This document shows, one piece after another, positions 52,248-63,328 of a stretch of 64,000 nt of DNA. Each line of letters starts with the position of its first letter. Position 1 is the stretch's first letter. Under the pieces are notes generated by a model. It searched no databases and was not told the origin of the DNA. It worked only from the letters and a program-made list of their open reading frames with translations. The translations under genes and the position numbers were made by a program. The stretch covers positions 64,001 to 128,000 of the forward strand of contig CAVPLU010000003.1 in assembly GCA_963706285.1 (NCBI GenBank), given 5' to 3'. The DNA is from Candidatus Bathyarchaeota archaeon (GTDB lineage: Archaea > Thermoproteota > Bathyarchaeia > 40CM-2-53-6).

Positions 52248-52792
52248 GATCAGAATCGCAGGCTTCGGTGGCCAAGGCATAATCCTAGCCGGAATCGTCC
52301 TGGGCCAAGCCGCAATCCACGAGGGCAAGAAGGCGGTTCAGACGCAATCCTATGGGGCTGAAACGAGAGGAGGTGCAGCCCGTTCGGAGGTTGTCATCTC
52401 TAATGAGAGGATTGACTATCCAAAAGTGATCTCAGCAGATATCGCCATCACTATGTCTCAGGAATCGTTCGAAAAATACGGGAGTGACACCAAACCAGGA
52501 GGCTCCTTGTTCGTCGACGCAGACCTCGTGACTCATGTCTCAGCTGCAATTAGGGCAACAATCTACCGTGTTCCCGCGACAAAACTGGCCGCTGAAGAAC
52601 TCAAGAAAACGCTGGTTGCCAACATGGTCATGCTAGGTGCAGTTGCTGCAGTCTACGAAATGCGTGGAACTCGACAGCCTCAGAATGAGTCTTGAAGAAG
52701 TCGCGCCGAAGGCATCCGTTGATCTAAATATTCGGGCCTTGGAACGTGGGTTTGAGTGGGCGAGAGCGAATCTCAGAACTCAGTCGATATAG
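52234..52792 (+). CDS. korC: 2-oxoacid:ferredoxin oxidoreductase gamma subunit (frameshift ~52655)
   Basis: AGFGGQGII, QSYGAETRGG, ANMVMLG; shifted tail N.RALERG. Confidence 0.88.
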
Positions 52793-53753
52793 TCAGGCTT
52801 CAAGGGATTTGATTCTCTGGATGAGCTTAGGGACGACTTGATAGAGATCGCCTACTACTCCGTAGTCTGCGATCTTGAAGATCGGGGCCTCCTTATCCTT
52901 GTTGATCGCAACGATCAGTTTTGAACCCATTATCCCGACGGTGTGCTGGATCTGCCCTGAGACTCCAATCGAGAGATTGAGTTTAGGCTTGCATCTCTTG
53001 CCGCTGATCCCGACCATTCTATCCTCAGAGATCCAATGATAATCTGATGACAGCGCTCTTGTGCATCCCAGCTCTCCCCTCATCAGTGAGGAAAGCTCTT
53101 TCATCATTGCCAGATCTTCCTTGTTCACGATGCCCTTTCCCACGCAGATCAGGGTCTCTGCCGATTCTATGTTGGCTGATTCGCCAATTTTCTTCCTACG
53201 TTCAACCAACTGCACACGCTGAGGCGGGATCTTAAGATCCATCTTCTGAGCCTAGCCCTTGCGCGGGACCTTTCTGGGCCTCGAAGGTTCTAGGCATGAT
53301 CGAGACGACTTTCTTCTTGCTTTTGATGATCTCGGATGATACTGTGTTGCCTCCAAGAGCGTATCTATCAACCACTAGGTCTTGGCCTTTCAGTGTCAGA
53401 CCTATCGCATCCGTTATGCAACCGGCTTGGAGTTTCTGTGCCACGCGTCCCGCAGTCTCCTTGCCTAGGCGGGTGGATCTGATCAAGAGCACGTCCGGAC
53501 CGTTTTCTTTGGCGATCTCATATAGTACATTTGCATAGGTCTCCGCATCGAGGGTTCCAAGGTTGCTACTGGGAATCAGGAGGGTTTTCTGTGCGCCGTA
53601 CTCAAAATAGGATTGCACAATCCCATCGTCTCTGTCTCCTAGGATTACTGCAGAGAGTTCCAGGTCGAGCTGTTTGGAGATTTCGCGAGCTTTTGTGAGA
53701 AGCTCGTAGGCGCCTTCGTCTGTCTCCGAAGATACGAGGATTCCAGATGTCAC
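52793..53753 (-). CDS. etfA: Electron transfer flavoprotein alpha subunit (FixB-like; frameshift ~53255)
   Basis: R.ALGG; VGISG..CKPKL, GVSGQIQHTVG, AINKD.EAPIF..ADYG. Confidence 0.9.
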
Positions 53754-54553
53754 TGCAGCGCTCCCTCCTTGCGAAGGGCGTCCACCAGCTTTCCAACAGC
53801 CTCGTCCATGTCGCCCTCGAAGATCACGCCTTTTCGCTCCTGTTGCGGTGCCAAGTTGCTAACGACCTGGATCGCGGAAGCGGCTGAGCCGACTCTGGTT
53901 GAGTCGATTTCGAGATCTTTCAGAGTCCAAGACTTCAACGGCTTACGAGACGCCCGCAGTATCTGCGCCAGCGGTGCTCGTCGTGGCTTGTTGATCTCAC
54001 TGGTGACCGAGATCACCAGGGGCAATTGGGCCTTCACCACTTCGAGTGCTGCTTCAATATCTCGTACGGCGGTGATCGTATTGCCTTCGATTGAGAGCTC
54101 TCTCACATACGTTATCTGCGGAATGTTCAGTATCTCTGCGACTCTTGACCCAATCTGTCCGGAGTAGTTGTCCGCCGAACCTTCACCGACAAGTACTAGG
54201 TCAAATGGGCTGAGTTTCTCAATCGCCTTGGCAAGCGTCAAAGCTGAAGCGCTCGTGTCCGAGCCTTCACAGGCTGGGTCAACCACGATGCAGCCCTCAT
54301 CTGCACCCATGGCTAGTGCTTCTAGGATCGTGTCCTTGAGTTTGGCCGAGCCGACTGATAGTGCGGTGACCTTTGCTCCGTGCTTCTCCTTGATCCTGAT
54401 ACCTTCCTCGAGTGCATTCTTTTCCATGTCGCCGAAGAGAACAGGTAGGCCTTCGAGGACAGGCTCTCGGGTGTCTCGTTTGATCCTGATCTGCTGAAGG
54501 TCAACTACCTGTTTCATGCATACTATGATATGCAATTGACTTCGTCGTTGCAC
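53750..54553 (-). CDS. etfB: Electron transfer flavoprotein beta subunit (FixA-like)
   Basis: IIVCMKQV, NALEEG, ALAMGAD, G..SAD..SGQ, EINKPR. Confidence 0.92.
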   Translation of the reverse strand: MQRRSQLHIIVCMKQVVDLQQIRIKRDTREPVLEGLPVLFGDMEKNALEEGIRIKEKHGAKVTALSVGSAKLKDTILEALAMGADEGCIVVDPACEGSDTSASALTLAKAIEKLSPFDLVLVGEGSADNYSGQIGSRVAEILNIPQITYVRELSIEGNTITAVRDIEAALEVVKAQLPLVISVTSEINKPRRAPLAQILRASRKPLKSWTLKDLEIDSTRVGSAASAIQVVSNLAPQQERKGVIFEGDMDEAVGKLVDALRKEGALQ

Positions 54554-54732
54554 ATGGGTTGTGGGTGCTATAAGATCTGCTTAGCCACATCAGTGAGAGA
54601 GTCTCATTTCTCTCTCGATTCTTCATTGCTGCCATGAGCAACTGAATGCGAGATGGTAGCGGTGCTGGGTGGTAGACCGGAGGTGAAACCGGCGAGCACT
54701 GTGGTTGCTCACCTTGGGGGAATGATCTTGTT

Positions 54733-54780
54733 TAGGTCTGTCCGTGTGTTTCTATTCTCATATCAACTATGAAGTCTTGA
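54733..54780. repeat. Dispersed intergenic repeat, copy C
   Basis: TAGGTCTGTCCGTGTGTTTCTATTCTCATATCAACTATGAA. Confidence 0.65.
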
Positions 54781-54781
54781 A

Positions 54782-55606
54782 CTAGGTGCGTCTGGAGTGC
54801 CTTTGCTTTCGCCAAAGAGTTCCGAGAATCAGACATCTTGCCGGACGCATCTTCAAACTGGTGGAAATCCGCCCGCGGAGAGTCGCTCTCGTCATGCGGA
54901 TTAAGGCAGCGGGTGTCGATTCTGCGCCCTCTCCCATCACGGCATGAGCGGACGAGGCAAGATCGTCTGCTAGATTCTGCCGTGTAATTCTGATCACTCT
55001 GCCTGACAAGTCTTTCAAGCCCCGATAGTCTAAGACGCCCGGCGAGCCTGCAATAGCTAGAGCAAATCCGGATGTGCCTAGACGAAGTGGCGTGACGTGA
55101 CTGTCCACGATTATGACCGACAATTCCTTGCGGAATGCTCTTGCAAGTCCATCACGAAGATTTCTCGCTGAGCGCTCAGCGTCCTTAGGCCACAGAACAA
55201 CTTGACCCTTGGGCGCATTCTTCTCGTCTACCCCTGCATTCGGGGTCAATATCCCGCCTTTGACAGTGAGCAGCGTCCCTTTCACTCCCCCGAGGACTTG
55301 GTCCGCCTCGTTGAGAACCACTTGAACAAGCTTAGGATTCATCATGAATTGTCGAGCAAGACGACGTGCTGAAGCTGAAGGTTTCACGCTGGTGACTCTC
55401 GTCAATCGCCCTTCAGAAATCGAAACAATCTTGCTTGAGACGGCGACGATATCGCCTCGTTTGACGCGGAGGCCCATCTTTCTAACTGCGCTTACGATTC
55501 TCGCTGACAGATCTTCACTCGCGACTATTCTCCCAAAAGAGAGAGGAGTCACTGTCAGCATGCGAATAGACTGGCCGCTCATATCCTGCCATCCTGGTAA
55601 TGCCAT
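54782..55606 (-). CDS. cofE: Coenzyme F420-0:L-glutamate ligase family
   Basis: GDIVAVSSKIVSISEG, PNAGVDEKN, DS...PLRLG, DLSGR, DDLAS.A..VMGE. Confidence 0.85.
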   Translation of the reverse strand: MALPGWQDMSGQSIRMLTVTPLSFGRIVASEDLSARIVSAVRKMGLRVKRGDIVAVSSKIVSISEGRLTRVTSVKPSASARRLARQFMMNPKLVQVVLNEADQVLGGVKGTLLTVKGGILTPNAGVDEKNAPKGQVVLWPKDAERSARNLRDGLARAFRKELSVIIVDSHVTPLRLGTSGFALAIAGSPGVLDYRGLKDLSGRVIRITRQNLADDLASSAHAVMGEGAESTPAALIRMTRATLRGRISTSLKMRPARCLILGTLWRKQRHSRRT

Positions 55607-55942
55607 GCACTCGTTCGCTTATGAATCGGTCCGACCTGCCATGCCATGGATCACAATGAATATCGCCCATACTCGCCTCTCTGTATCACAGTGGGCGACG
55701 GAAGCCAGAGTATGAATTTGGCGCCGGAGGTGAGCGCTGTGCTGAAGTGCAAGCGCTCTTCCGATATGAGCCCAGTTTCTGGACCGGACGCTGTACGGTG
55801 GAGGCTCAGCATCATTTCTTGCATTCTATGGCAAGGCCAATACCAGTTGTTCTGAAATCATTACTGAAACGGGGAGAACTCTCGGGTGACTAGGCTTAGC
55901 GTACCTCGCAAAAGGTACAAGGTTTTCGATGATCTTCTCGTT

Positions 55943-56218
55943 TCAGCTGAATCGGTATTGTACTCCAAATCCTGCTTTTGGATAGTGCCAGCTGAGTGCT
56001 TCTTCGATACATGCGAGAACGCATGCGCCGCATTCTAAGCATCCGTCAGGATTTGGAATTACATCCCCATTTTGGTCAAGCGAGTAGACCTTTGCGGGAC
56101 AGACGAAGAGGCAGAATTTCGGCTTGCACCTCGCGCGGCAGATCTCTTGGTTAATTCTGATATGTCCTTCTTTGTCGACTTTGAACACATCGCGCCCAAG
56201 TTTCTCCTCTACCTTCAT
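55943..56218 (-). CDS. fixX: FixX-like ferredoxin
   Basis: HI...C...C...CLFVCPAKVY, GCLECGAC, W.YP..GFGV.YRF. Confidence 0.9.
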   Translation of the reverse strand: MKVEEKLGRDVFKVDKEGHIRINQEICRARCKPKFCLFVCPAKVYSLDQNGDVIPNPDGCLECGACVLACIEEALSWHYPKAGFGVQYRFS

Positions 56219-56230
56219 GGTTCTACGCCT

Positions 56231-57520
56231 CTATATCTTGAGCAGATCAAACGCGTCCTTCAACGTTGACAATTTGAGGAAATGTTTTCTGATTTGCCTT
56301 ATTGCAGTCGATGAGAGTTTTTGCTTGGGCTCAGGGCCGATATACATCAGATCTGTGAGCATAGTGCTGATGGCACGGGGATACGTGTCAAACAGTCGCG
56401 GGTTGTTGAGCACCTTCCAGATGTCTCTGAAAGTGTGAAGGTCTTTCATCACAAACGAATTCTTGAGCATCGTATCATACTCTGCAAGCGAGGCTGCGGA
56501 ATAGTTCTCGCGTTTCTTCGCCGCTTTGACAGTCTCAGCTGCCATTACGCCTGACGCGATGGCCAGATCCATTCCTCTCACAATAATTCCCATGTTGAGT
56601 GCGAATCCCGCCGCATCTCCGACGAGTAGAATTCCGTCACTGTGCAAGGTGGGCACAGCCCTGATTCCCCCTTCAGGAATCGTATGAGCGGAGTATTCAA
56701 CCGTCTCTCCACCTTCAATCAAGGCTGAGACTTCCGGACGCTCCTTGAACTCCTCCATGAGCTGGTATGTCTCAAGGTGTTGCGGATTCGTCATGAGTGG
56801 ACCGATCCCGACCACGATTCCAATGGAGATGCTCTCTCGGTTAGTGTAGAGGAATCCTCCGCCAGTCATGCCTTTGGTTAGGCTTCCAAAGTAAAGCTGA
56901 GCCGCGCCCTCATCTCCATGGAGATGAAATCTGTCTTCGATAGTTTTCCTAGGCAGCTCTACGATCTCTTTCACGCCAACCGCGAAGTGTTCGGGATCGT
57001 GCTTTGAACGAAGCCCAGCCTCTCTAGCGATGAAGGACATTGCGCCGTCTGCAGCAACCACCACGTTGGCGCCGATATCTTCGCCTTCAGCCCTGATTCC
57101 TACAATCTTCCCTTCTTCGCGTAGCAGCTGTTCGACCTTGTACTTCGATATGACCGCTGCGCCGGCGGCGGATGCTTTCTCCGCAAGCCATCTGTCAAAT
57201 CTAGGCCGAATTAGTGTCTGGCTGTGATATGGTGGATTGTTGTAGATGTCTGAGCGTAATGTGAGAGTGAGCGATGAGTCATCTGACAGCATTGTCAATA
57301 GTTCGTTTGTGACGTGTCGTTCGAATGGGGCTTCATCCCAGATTTCAGGCAGGTACTGCCTGACGGGATTCATGTAGAGGCGGCCACCCGTGACGTTCTT
57401 GCTTCCGGGGTAGTCTCCTCGCTCGACAACCAGCACATCTAGGCCTGCTCTTGCAAGCGTGTATGCGCAAGAGAGCCCTGCTAGGCCCGCGCCTATGACC
57501 GCAACGTCAACACGTTCCAC
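56231..57520 (-). CDS. fixC: FixC-like FAD-dependent oxidoreductase (ETF:quinone oxidoreductase family)
   Basis: GAGLAG, ERGDYPGSKNVTGG, GFLYTN, EYSAH.IPEGG, VGDAAG, RGMDLAI. Confidence 0.92.
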   Translation of the reverse strand: MERVDVAVIGAGLAGLSCAYTLARAGLDVLVVERGDYPGSKNVTGGRLYMNPVRQYLPEIWDEAPFERHVTNELLTMLSDDSSLTLTLRSDIYNNPPYHSQTLIRPRFDRWLAEKASAAGAAVISKYKVEQLLREEGKIVGIRAEGEDIGANVVVAADGAMSFIAREAGLRSKHDPEHFAVGVKEIVELPRKTIEDRFHLHGDEGAAQLYFGSLTKGMTGGGFLYTNRESISIGIVVGIGPLMTNPQHLETYQLMEEFKERPEVSALIEGGETVEYSAHTIPEGGIRAVPTLHSDGILLVGDAAGFALNMGIIVRGMDLAIASGVMAAETVKAAKKRENYSAASLAEYDTMLKNSFVMKDLHTFRDIWKVLNNPRLFDTYPRAISTMLTDLMYIGPEPKQKLSSTAIRQIRKHFLKLSTLKDAFDLLKI

Positions 57521-57586
57521 GTTCAGTCTCCAGATATGCCTCGAGGATCTCAGCTATGCGTTAGCTTCGCTCAAGAAATAGACTCC

Positions 57587-57613
57587 AAGAAAATGGAGGA
57601 CGGAAAGTCCGCC
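57587..57613 (-). terminator. Hairpin plus U-tract after the Lys-rich gene
   Basis: Minus strand GGCGGAC-TTTCC-GTCCTCC-ATTTTCTT, 3 nt after the stop. Confidence 0.55.
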
Positions 57614-57616
57614 GGA

Positions 57617-57817
57617 CTACCAGGTTCCGGTTCCTTGCGAAGAACTTGAAGAAGAGGTTCCTTCCGAAGGAGCTGGGGCGGGAGCTTCAGCAACGGGGGC
57701 CGGTTCGACCACCGGAGCCGGGGCTGGAGCGGGTTTCGGTTTGACTACGCGTTTCTTGGCCGCCTTTCTGGCTTTCTTCTTCATTGCCTTCTTAGCTTTC
57801 ATTTTCTTCTTTGGCAT
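57617..57817 (-). CDS. Small Lys/Ala-rich, Pro/Ala-rich low-complexity protein (histone H1-tail-like)
   Basis: MPKKKMKAKKAMKKKARKAAKKR-PKPAPAPAP...SSSSSSQGTGTW; GGTGA SD upstream. Confidence 0.7.
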   Translation of the reverse strand: MPKKKMKAKKAMKKKARKAAKKRVVKPKPAPAPAPVVEPAPVAEAPAPAPSEGTSSSSSSQGTGTW

Positions 57818-58775
57818 GACAAGATTCACCGAGATAATGTTGCGAGTCTGGAAACCTAATAACGCTTGTGCTATTTTGGAGGTAAGCCTGCTCTGACTGT
57901 GCGTAGATTGGTGTCAGTGCGAGGTCATTTTGGCATGTGTCAGTGTGCGGCTGACATGGGATTTCGTGGTTTCGTTGTTGCTCTTGTAATGGTGCGGGCC
58001 CGTCAATCATTCCGCTTTGCCTCACGAGTCTCTTCATAGCTCAATAATACAGATCTTCCAATGAACGAACATAATGAGAAAATGGTAGAGGTGACGGTTG
58101 GGGTTTCTTTGCTTGTTCGAGGCGTGGTCTCAGCAAGTCCGGGCTGGGATAGCGTCGCTCTAACTCCGACACATCGCCTTCATGGTCTTCTGAAATCCAA
58201 TGCGACTCGGTTCGGGATTTCATGGGCGCTAGCGTAGTCTGGGCATCTCATCGCACCACTATTCTATGATCTATACATATTATATTGATAAGGCCGTGGC
58301 GGGATCTTCTTGTAACTCTATCACTCTCATGGGCCGCGTTGGTATGGAGTTACAGGCAGGACTATGGAACGAAGATCCAACATAGGTTCCAGATCAGATC
58401 CAAACATCAAGATCTTGATCCTGCGCGGGCATTTGGCAGGGCGCAGCCAGATTCCCACGGGTAGAAGATTGCACTTGTTGCCGTCTAGGTGGTGGACCGC
58501 TAGCATGGTGCTCGATCACATGCTCCAAAGAGGTGCCGCCTTCCGGGAAAGAGGTGCCGCTTTGAGAGTTCTCATCAACGCCGGAAAGGCGTGGGTCATG
58601 GGTGTTGATTGCCCTGATGAGAAACCACCTCTAAGCCAATGACGGTGGTTGATGGTAGCCCGGGGGAGAGTCAGGTGAGTATCGTCCGTATCTCCGGGTG
58701 TGGGTGGGCGTGCGGTTTTGTTTCGTTTGGGTCTCTTTTAGTATTGATTCTTAGGTCCGATGATGAGTCTATCCG

Positions 58776-59827
58776 TCACGTGTTCGATTTGCTTACTGTT
58801 AGGTTCAGTACGATTTCGGCAATGTCATTTCCGTACTCGCCTATCCTCTTCAGGCTCTCCAAGATCAGTCTCAGTGCAGAGATGTCCTCGGGGGGCAGAT
58901 TCTGTTTGTAGATCTGTTTCTCTATCTCGGATTCGAGTTTCTCTGCTTGGTCTTGCCTTGCCAAGACGCGATCCGCCATTGAGTAATCGCCTCGAAAGAG
59001 TGCCTGCGATGCTTCTTGGAACAGGAGGCTGGAGAACTCGCTCAGCTCTTTGAGGCGGGCGGCGAGCTTGGGTGTGAGGGGTTCTTGAAGCATGATGGCG
59101 TGTTCCGCGATCAGGGAAGAGTGATCGGCAACTCTCTCGACGCTCTTTGCGATCAGCCTGTAGCCAAGGCAATCACTTGGTGAGTTCAGTCCTATCTCTT
59201 TCATGAGGTGAGGATGTTCAACCGCCTGTTTCAGCAGGCGCATAAGATAGAAGCTGAATCGATCTACTTCGTCGTCGCTCTTCAAGACTTGAGCGGCCAG
59301 GTCATGTTTTGCTTCGCATAGTGCAGTGATCGAGTCTCTATGCATCTGATCTGCAATAGTAACCATTCTTCGTAGAGTGCTATCCACTGACAACTCTGGA
59401 TAGCTGAGTAATACTTGCAGGACCATCTCCGATGAAGACTCGGAAACTATCTCAGTGCCGACGAGCTTGCGTCTCACGAGCTCTCTGACGGCGTCCCTAA
59501 TCTGCGGAGAGCATTCTTGCATCCTTAGATTTGAGGACCACTGAGTTCAAGCCAATCATGTACAGTGTAATCAGTCTTCCTAGCCAGCGACTGAGGCTCC
59601 TGGTCGGATTCGACCTGGATACTTGCCTCAGTTGCTCTCTGTTTCGCGGCTGACTGCCCCGCCATCAGAAGGAGGGATCCGTCTTGCTGCGTCGACACTC
59701 GAATCAGAGATCCTTGCCGCAGACCAAGGTCTTGAACCCACTTCTTTGGCACGGAGACAATGAATGACGCTCTACCCGTCTCCTGTAGCTTCCTCATTTC
59801 GGTCTCGGAGTCGGTCACGTGTTCCAA
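58776..59827 (-). CDS. phoU: AbrB-PhoU phosphate uptake regulator (frameshifts ~59575 and ~59515)
   Basis: RKLQETGRASFIVSVPKKWV; DDEVDRF, KSVERVADH, ESLKRIGEYGNDIAE. Confidence 0.9.
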
Positions 59828-60437
59828 AGTTTACACCTACATGATCTATGTGAAAACCGAGGCGCTCGCATATTTCACTTTCGCCAAACATATGTGCGCC
59901 AGCGAGTCCTGTCGTATGAGCTGCAATGGACAAGAGATCCGGAAACCGGTGTCCAAGGTGTTTTCGTGACTCCCTCAACGTCTACTATGAGGATAAATCG
60001 GATCTGCGTCTCGGCGCGGTTTGCAGCGTGTGCGGCCTACGAGGGTACTTCTCAAACGATAGGCTCGCGGTCATGACCGCAATCTGACTGCCGAGGACAC
60101 ACATGAGGTTCTATACACGCATCGAGAACTGCAGGTGGCGACGTGTGGAAAAAGCATGCATTCTCCATAGGCACTTCGTTCCTCAAGGCCAATTTTCAGA
60201 TCCCTCTGAACCGTCGACCTCAAGTCGTAATGCTACTCGCCAGATTCATCAGGAATACTATGGCGAACGGTATTAGGTCACGCTGGCGTGTACAGGTCAT
60301 CACCCGCAATTAGTTCGGTGCACCGATTTGCTCTAACACCAATAATGTTCGTGCACATGTGAACTATATGGCGGTATATCCATTCGCATGTTTCATGTCG
60401 GGAGCGCATATGTGTCCGCTGCGCCAGGCTTGGGAAC

Positions 60438-61395
60438 TTGATGATGAATATGAGCATGAAGAAGAACCGCACTCTCGTAATGGGTGTGGTGGCGCTTGCG
60501 ATCGTATTGGTTGCGGCTGTCAGCCGGCTACTACTACCTCGTGCCATCACAGCCGGGACCGAACGTAACGACGACTACGGCATTGCCAGCATCCATAAAC
60601 CAGAAGGGATCAGACACGCTGCTGGTTCTTGCCCAACGCTGGGCAGAGGAGTACATGAAGGCCCATCCGAACGTGCAGATAGCAGTCAGTGGCGGAGGCT
60701 CTGGAACAGGAATTGCATCACTCATCAACGGGCAGATTGACATCGCCGACTCATCCAGAGAAATGACGCAGAAGGAGAAAGATGACGCAAAAGCCAAGGG
60801 CATCAACCCAGTCGAATGGAAAGTTGCACTCGACGGCATCACCGCAATAGTGAATCCCAGTAACCCGATAACCCAACTCACAATCGAACAACTGGGACTA
60901 ATCTACAGAGGCAACGTCACAAATTGGAAAGAGCTCGGCGGACCTGACCTTAAGATCGTGACATACGGCCGCCAATCAAACTCAGGAACCTACGTGTACT
61001 GGAAGGAGAGAGTGCTCGGCAACAAGGACTACAGGGCAGACATGCAATCCCTCAACGGCAATTCTGACATCGTAGACGCAGTTTCAAGAGATAAGGCAGC
61101 CATAGGCTACGTTGGCATCGCATACGCAGAATCGAGACAGAGCGAAATCAGAATACTCGGCGTGAAGAAGGACGCGGCATCTCCAGCCGTTCAGCCAACG
61201 GCAGCAACTGTAACCGACAATACCTATCCAATCTCGCGATACTTGTACTTCTACACGAACGGAGTTCCCCAAGGAGCAGTCCGCGACTACATCAAATGGG
61301 TCTTGAGCCCTGACGGACAGTCGTGGGTCTCAAAGAACGAATACGTCCCGCTGCCGGAGGCAGTCGCCAAAGAAATGCTCAAGATGCTGGGCTAG
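60438..61395 (+). CDS. pstS: Phosphate-binding protein (frameshift ~60520)
   Basis: KGSDT, GGGSGTGI, DSSR, GRQSNSGT, YPISR.LY. Confidence 0.93.
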
Positions 61396-61539
61396 TATAG
61401 GTGTGGGAGTCTGCTCTTGAACGCGGACCCTATCTCTCTTCCAGAGCTCTCGCAGGACATCCGGAACAGGCTCCCTCACCAGACTCGCAATCGATCGTCT
61501 TATTTCTGATCACTCATCTTTCCATGGTCGCAGCTACAC

Positions 61540-62461
61540 TTGAATGACCATCCAAGAGAGCAAGCCCTAGCAGTCGCCGGTTCGCGTAGGAGACTCCGAG
61601 AACGGTTTCTCGAGCAGATATTCTTCGTGGCTGCGTTGGCCTCTGTCCTCATAGTAGTGCTAATCTTCGTATTCCTTTTCTCGAACGGATTACAGGCCTT
61701 CAGGGATATCGACGTAATCAGTTTTCTTACAGGCACGATCTGGCAGCCAGTCTCCGAGCAGCCGAAGTATGGGCTTGTGCCAATGCTGACAGGATCCCTA
61801 CTAGTTACTGGCCTGTCAATACTATTCTCCGTACCCATCAGCATTCTCTGCGCCACATACTTGTCTCAAGTGGCAAGTCCCACATTCAGAGAGATCGTCA
61901 AGCCAATCATAGAGATGCTCGCAGCGATTCCATCAGTTGTATACGGTTTCGTCGCGCTGATTATCATCGCAGATGTCATTCAGGGCATCTTTCACAACCC
62001 AATCAGGCTCAATGCGCTGAACGCTTCAATTGTGCTCAGTCTAATGGTGGTTCCTACTATAGTCTCGATTTCGGAGGATGCGATATCATCAGTCCCAAAT
62101 GAGTACAAGGAAGCGGCACTAGCGCTTGGGGCTTCAAAGTGGGAGATGATAAGCAAAGTAGTTCTCCCATCATCACTTTCAGGCATATTCGTCGCGGTCA
62201 TGCTTGGGAGTTGGCCGTGCAATCGGAGAAACCATGGCTGTTCTGATGGCTGCTGGCAATGCTGCAGTTGTCTCACTCAATCCACTTGATTCCGTGGAGA
62301 CTATGACCGCTGTCATTGCGATAGAGATGGGAGAGGTCACGTTCAACTCGACCCATTTCTACGCCCTGTTCGCTGTCGGCGGAGTTCTGTTCCTGTTCAC
62401 ACTCGTGATCAATCTGGTAGCTCAGGTTATCGTTAGAAGATACAAGGAGTTGGGCCGATGA
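61540..62461 (+). CDS. pstC: Phosphate ABC transporter permease (frameshift ~62208)
   Basis: LAAIPSVVYG, EAALALGASKW, GRAIGETMAV. Confidence 0.92.
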
Positions 62462-63328
62462 CATCCAAGAAGACTACCCAAACGATTGCGTTTCTAGTGC
62501 TTCGACTGTGCACCGCGGGGATTCTGGTAGCTGTGCTTCTGCTGATTGGATTTCTCGTCTGGAAAGGAGTCCCAGTCCTCAGTCTCCAATTCTTGATCGA
62601 GAACCCACGAGAGGGAATGACCGCTGGAGGAGTATTCCCAGCAATCGTTGGAACATTCTACCTGACTCTTCTCACGCTTCTTTTCGCTCTTCCTCTAGGC
62701 GTAGGTGCGGCGATCTATCTGTCTGAATACGCAGATCCTAGGCGAAGTAGAACACTCTACATGATTCGTACAGCCACGGTAGTCCTTGCGGGAATACCTT
62801 CCATCGTGTATGGGCTTCTCGGTCTGGGGCTCTTTGTTCTCTTCCTCAGGCTAGGCTTCAGCTTGCTCTCATCGGCATTGACCCTCTCATTTCTCACCCT
62901 GCCGGTGATTGTCTCGGCTTCAGAGGAGGCTTTGAGAACTGTTCCCATGTCCTACCGCGAAGGTGCCCTCGCACTAGGTGCGACTAGGTGGCAGGTTGTT
63001 CGCGATGCTGTTCTCCCATTTGCAGCTCCAGGAATCTTGACCGCGTGTGTGTTAGGTCTGGCCAGAGCAGCTGGCGAAACGGCTCCGATTCTGCTCACGG
63101 GTGCGGCTTACTACCTGCCTCAACTTCCAAACTCTGTTTTCCACCAGTTCATGGCGCTTCCATTTCACATATTCATACTCTCAACGCAGAGCGTTGATCC
63201 GACGACTTACTCGTCCTCTCCAGTTCGGAACAGTCCTCGTCCTGTTGTTGCTTGTACTAACGTTGAACACAGTAGCAATTGTGGTAAGGAGCCACTATAG
63301 AAGAAAATACAGAAGGGTGTCGGGATGA
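62458..63328 (+). CDS. pstA: Phosphate ABC transporter permease (frameshift ~63205)
   Basis: AIYLSEY, LAGIPSIVYG, REGALALGATRW, RAAGETAP. Confidence 0.92.

Noticed and set aside
54655-54705. Stem-loop GACCGG-AGGTGAAA-CCGG upstream of etfB resembling part of an FMN riboswitch
   Set aside because: Wrong strand for etfB, and the other conserved FMN elements are absent.
57597-57612. GGAAAGTCC, an RNase P RNA-like motif
   Set aside because: Better explained as the terminator hairpin of the Lys-rich gene; no other RNase P conserved regions follow.
58613-58655. CTGATGA-GAAAC hammerhead-like core
   Set aside because: No stem II between CUGAUGA and GAAA, and no GAAA after the following hairpin.
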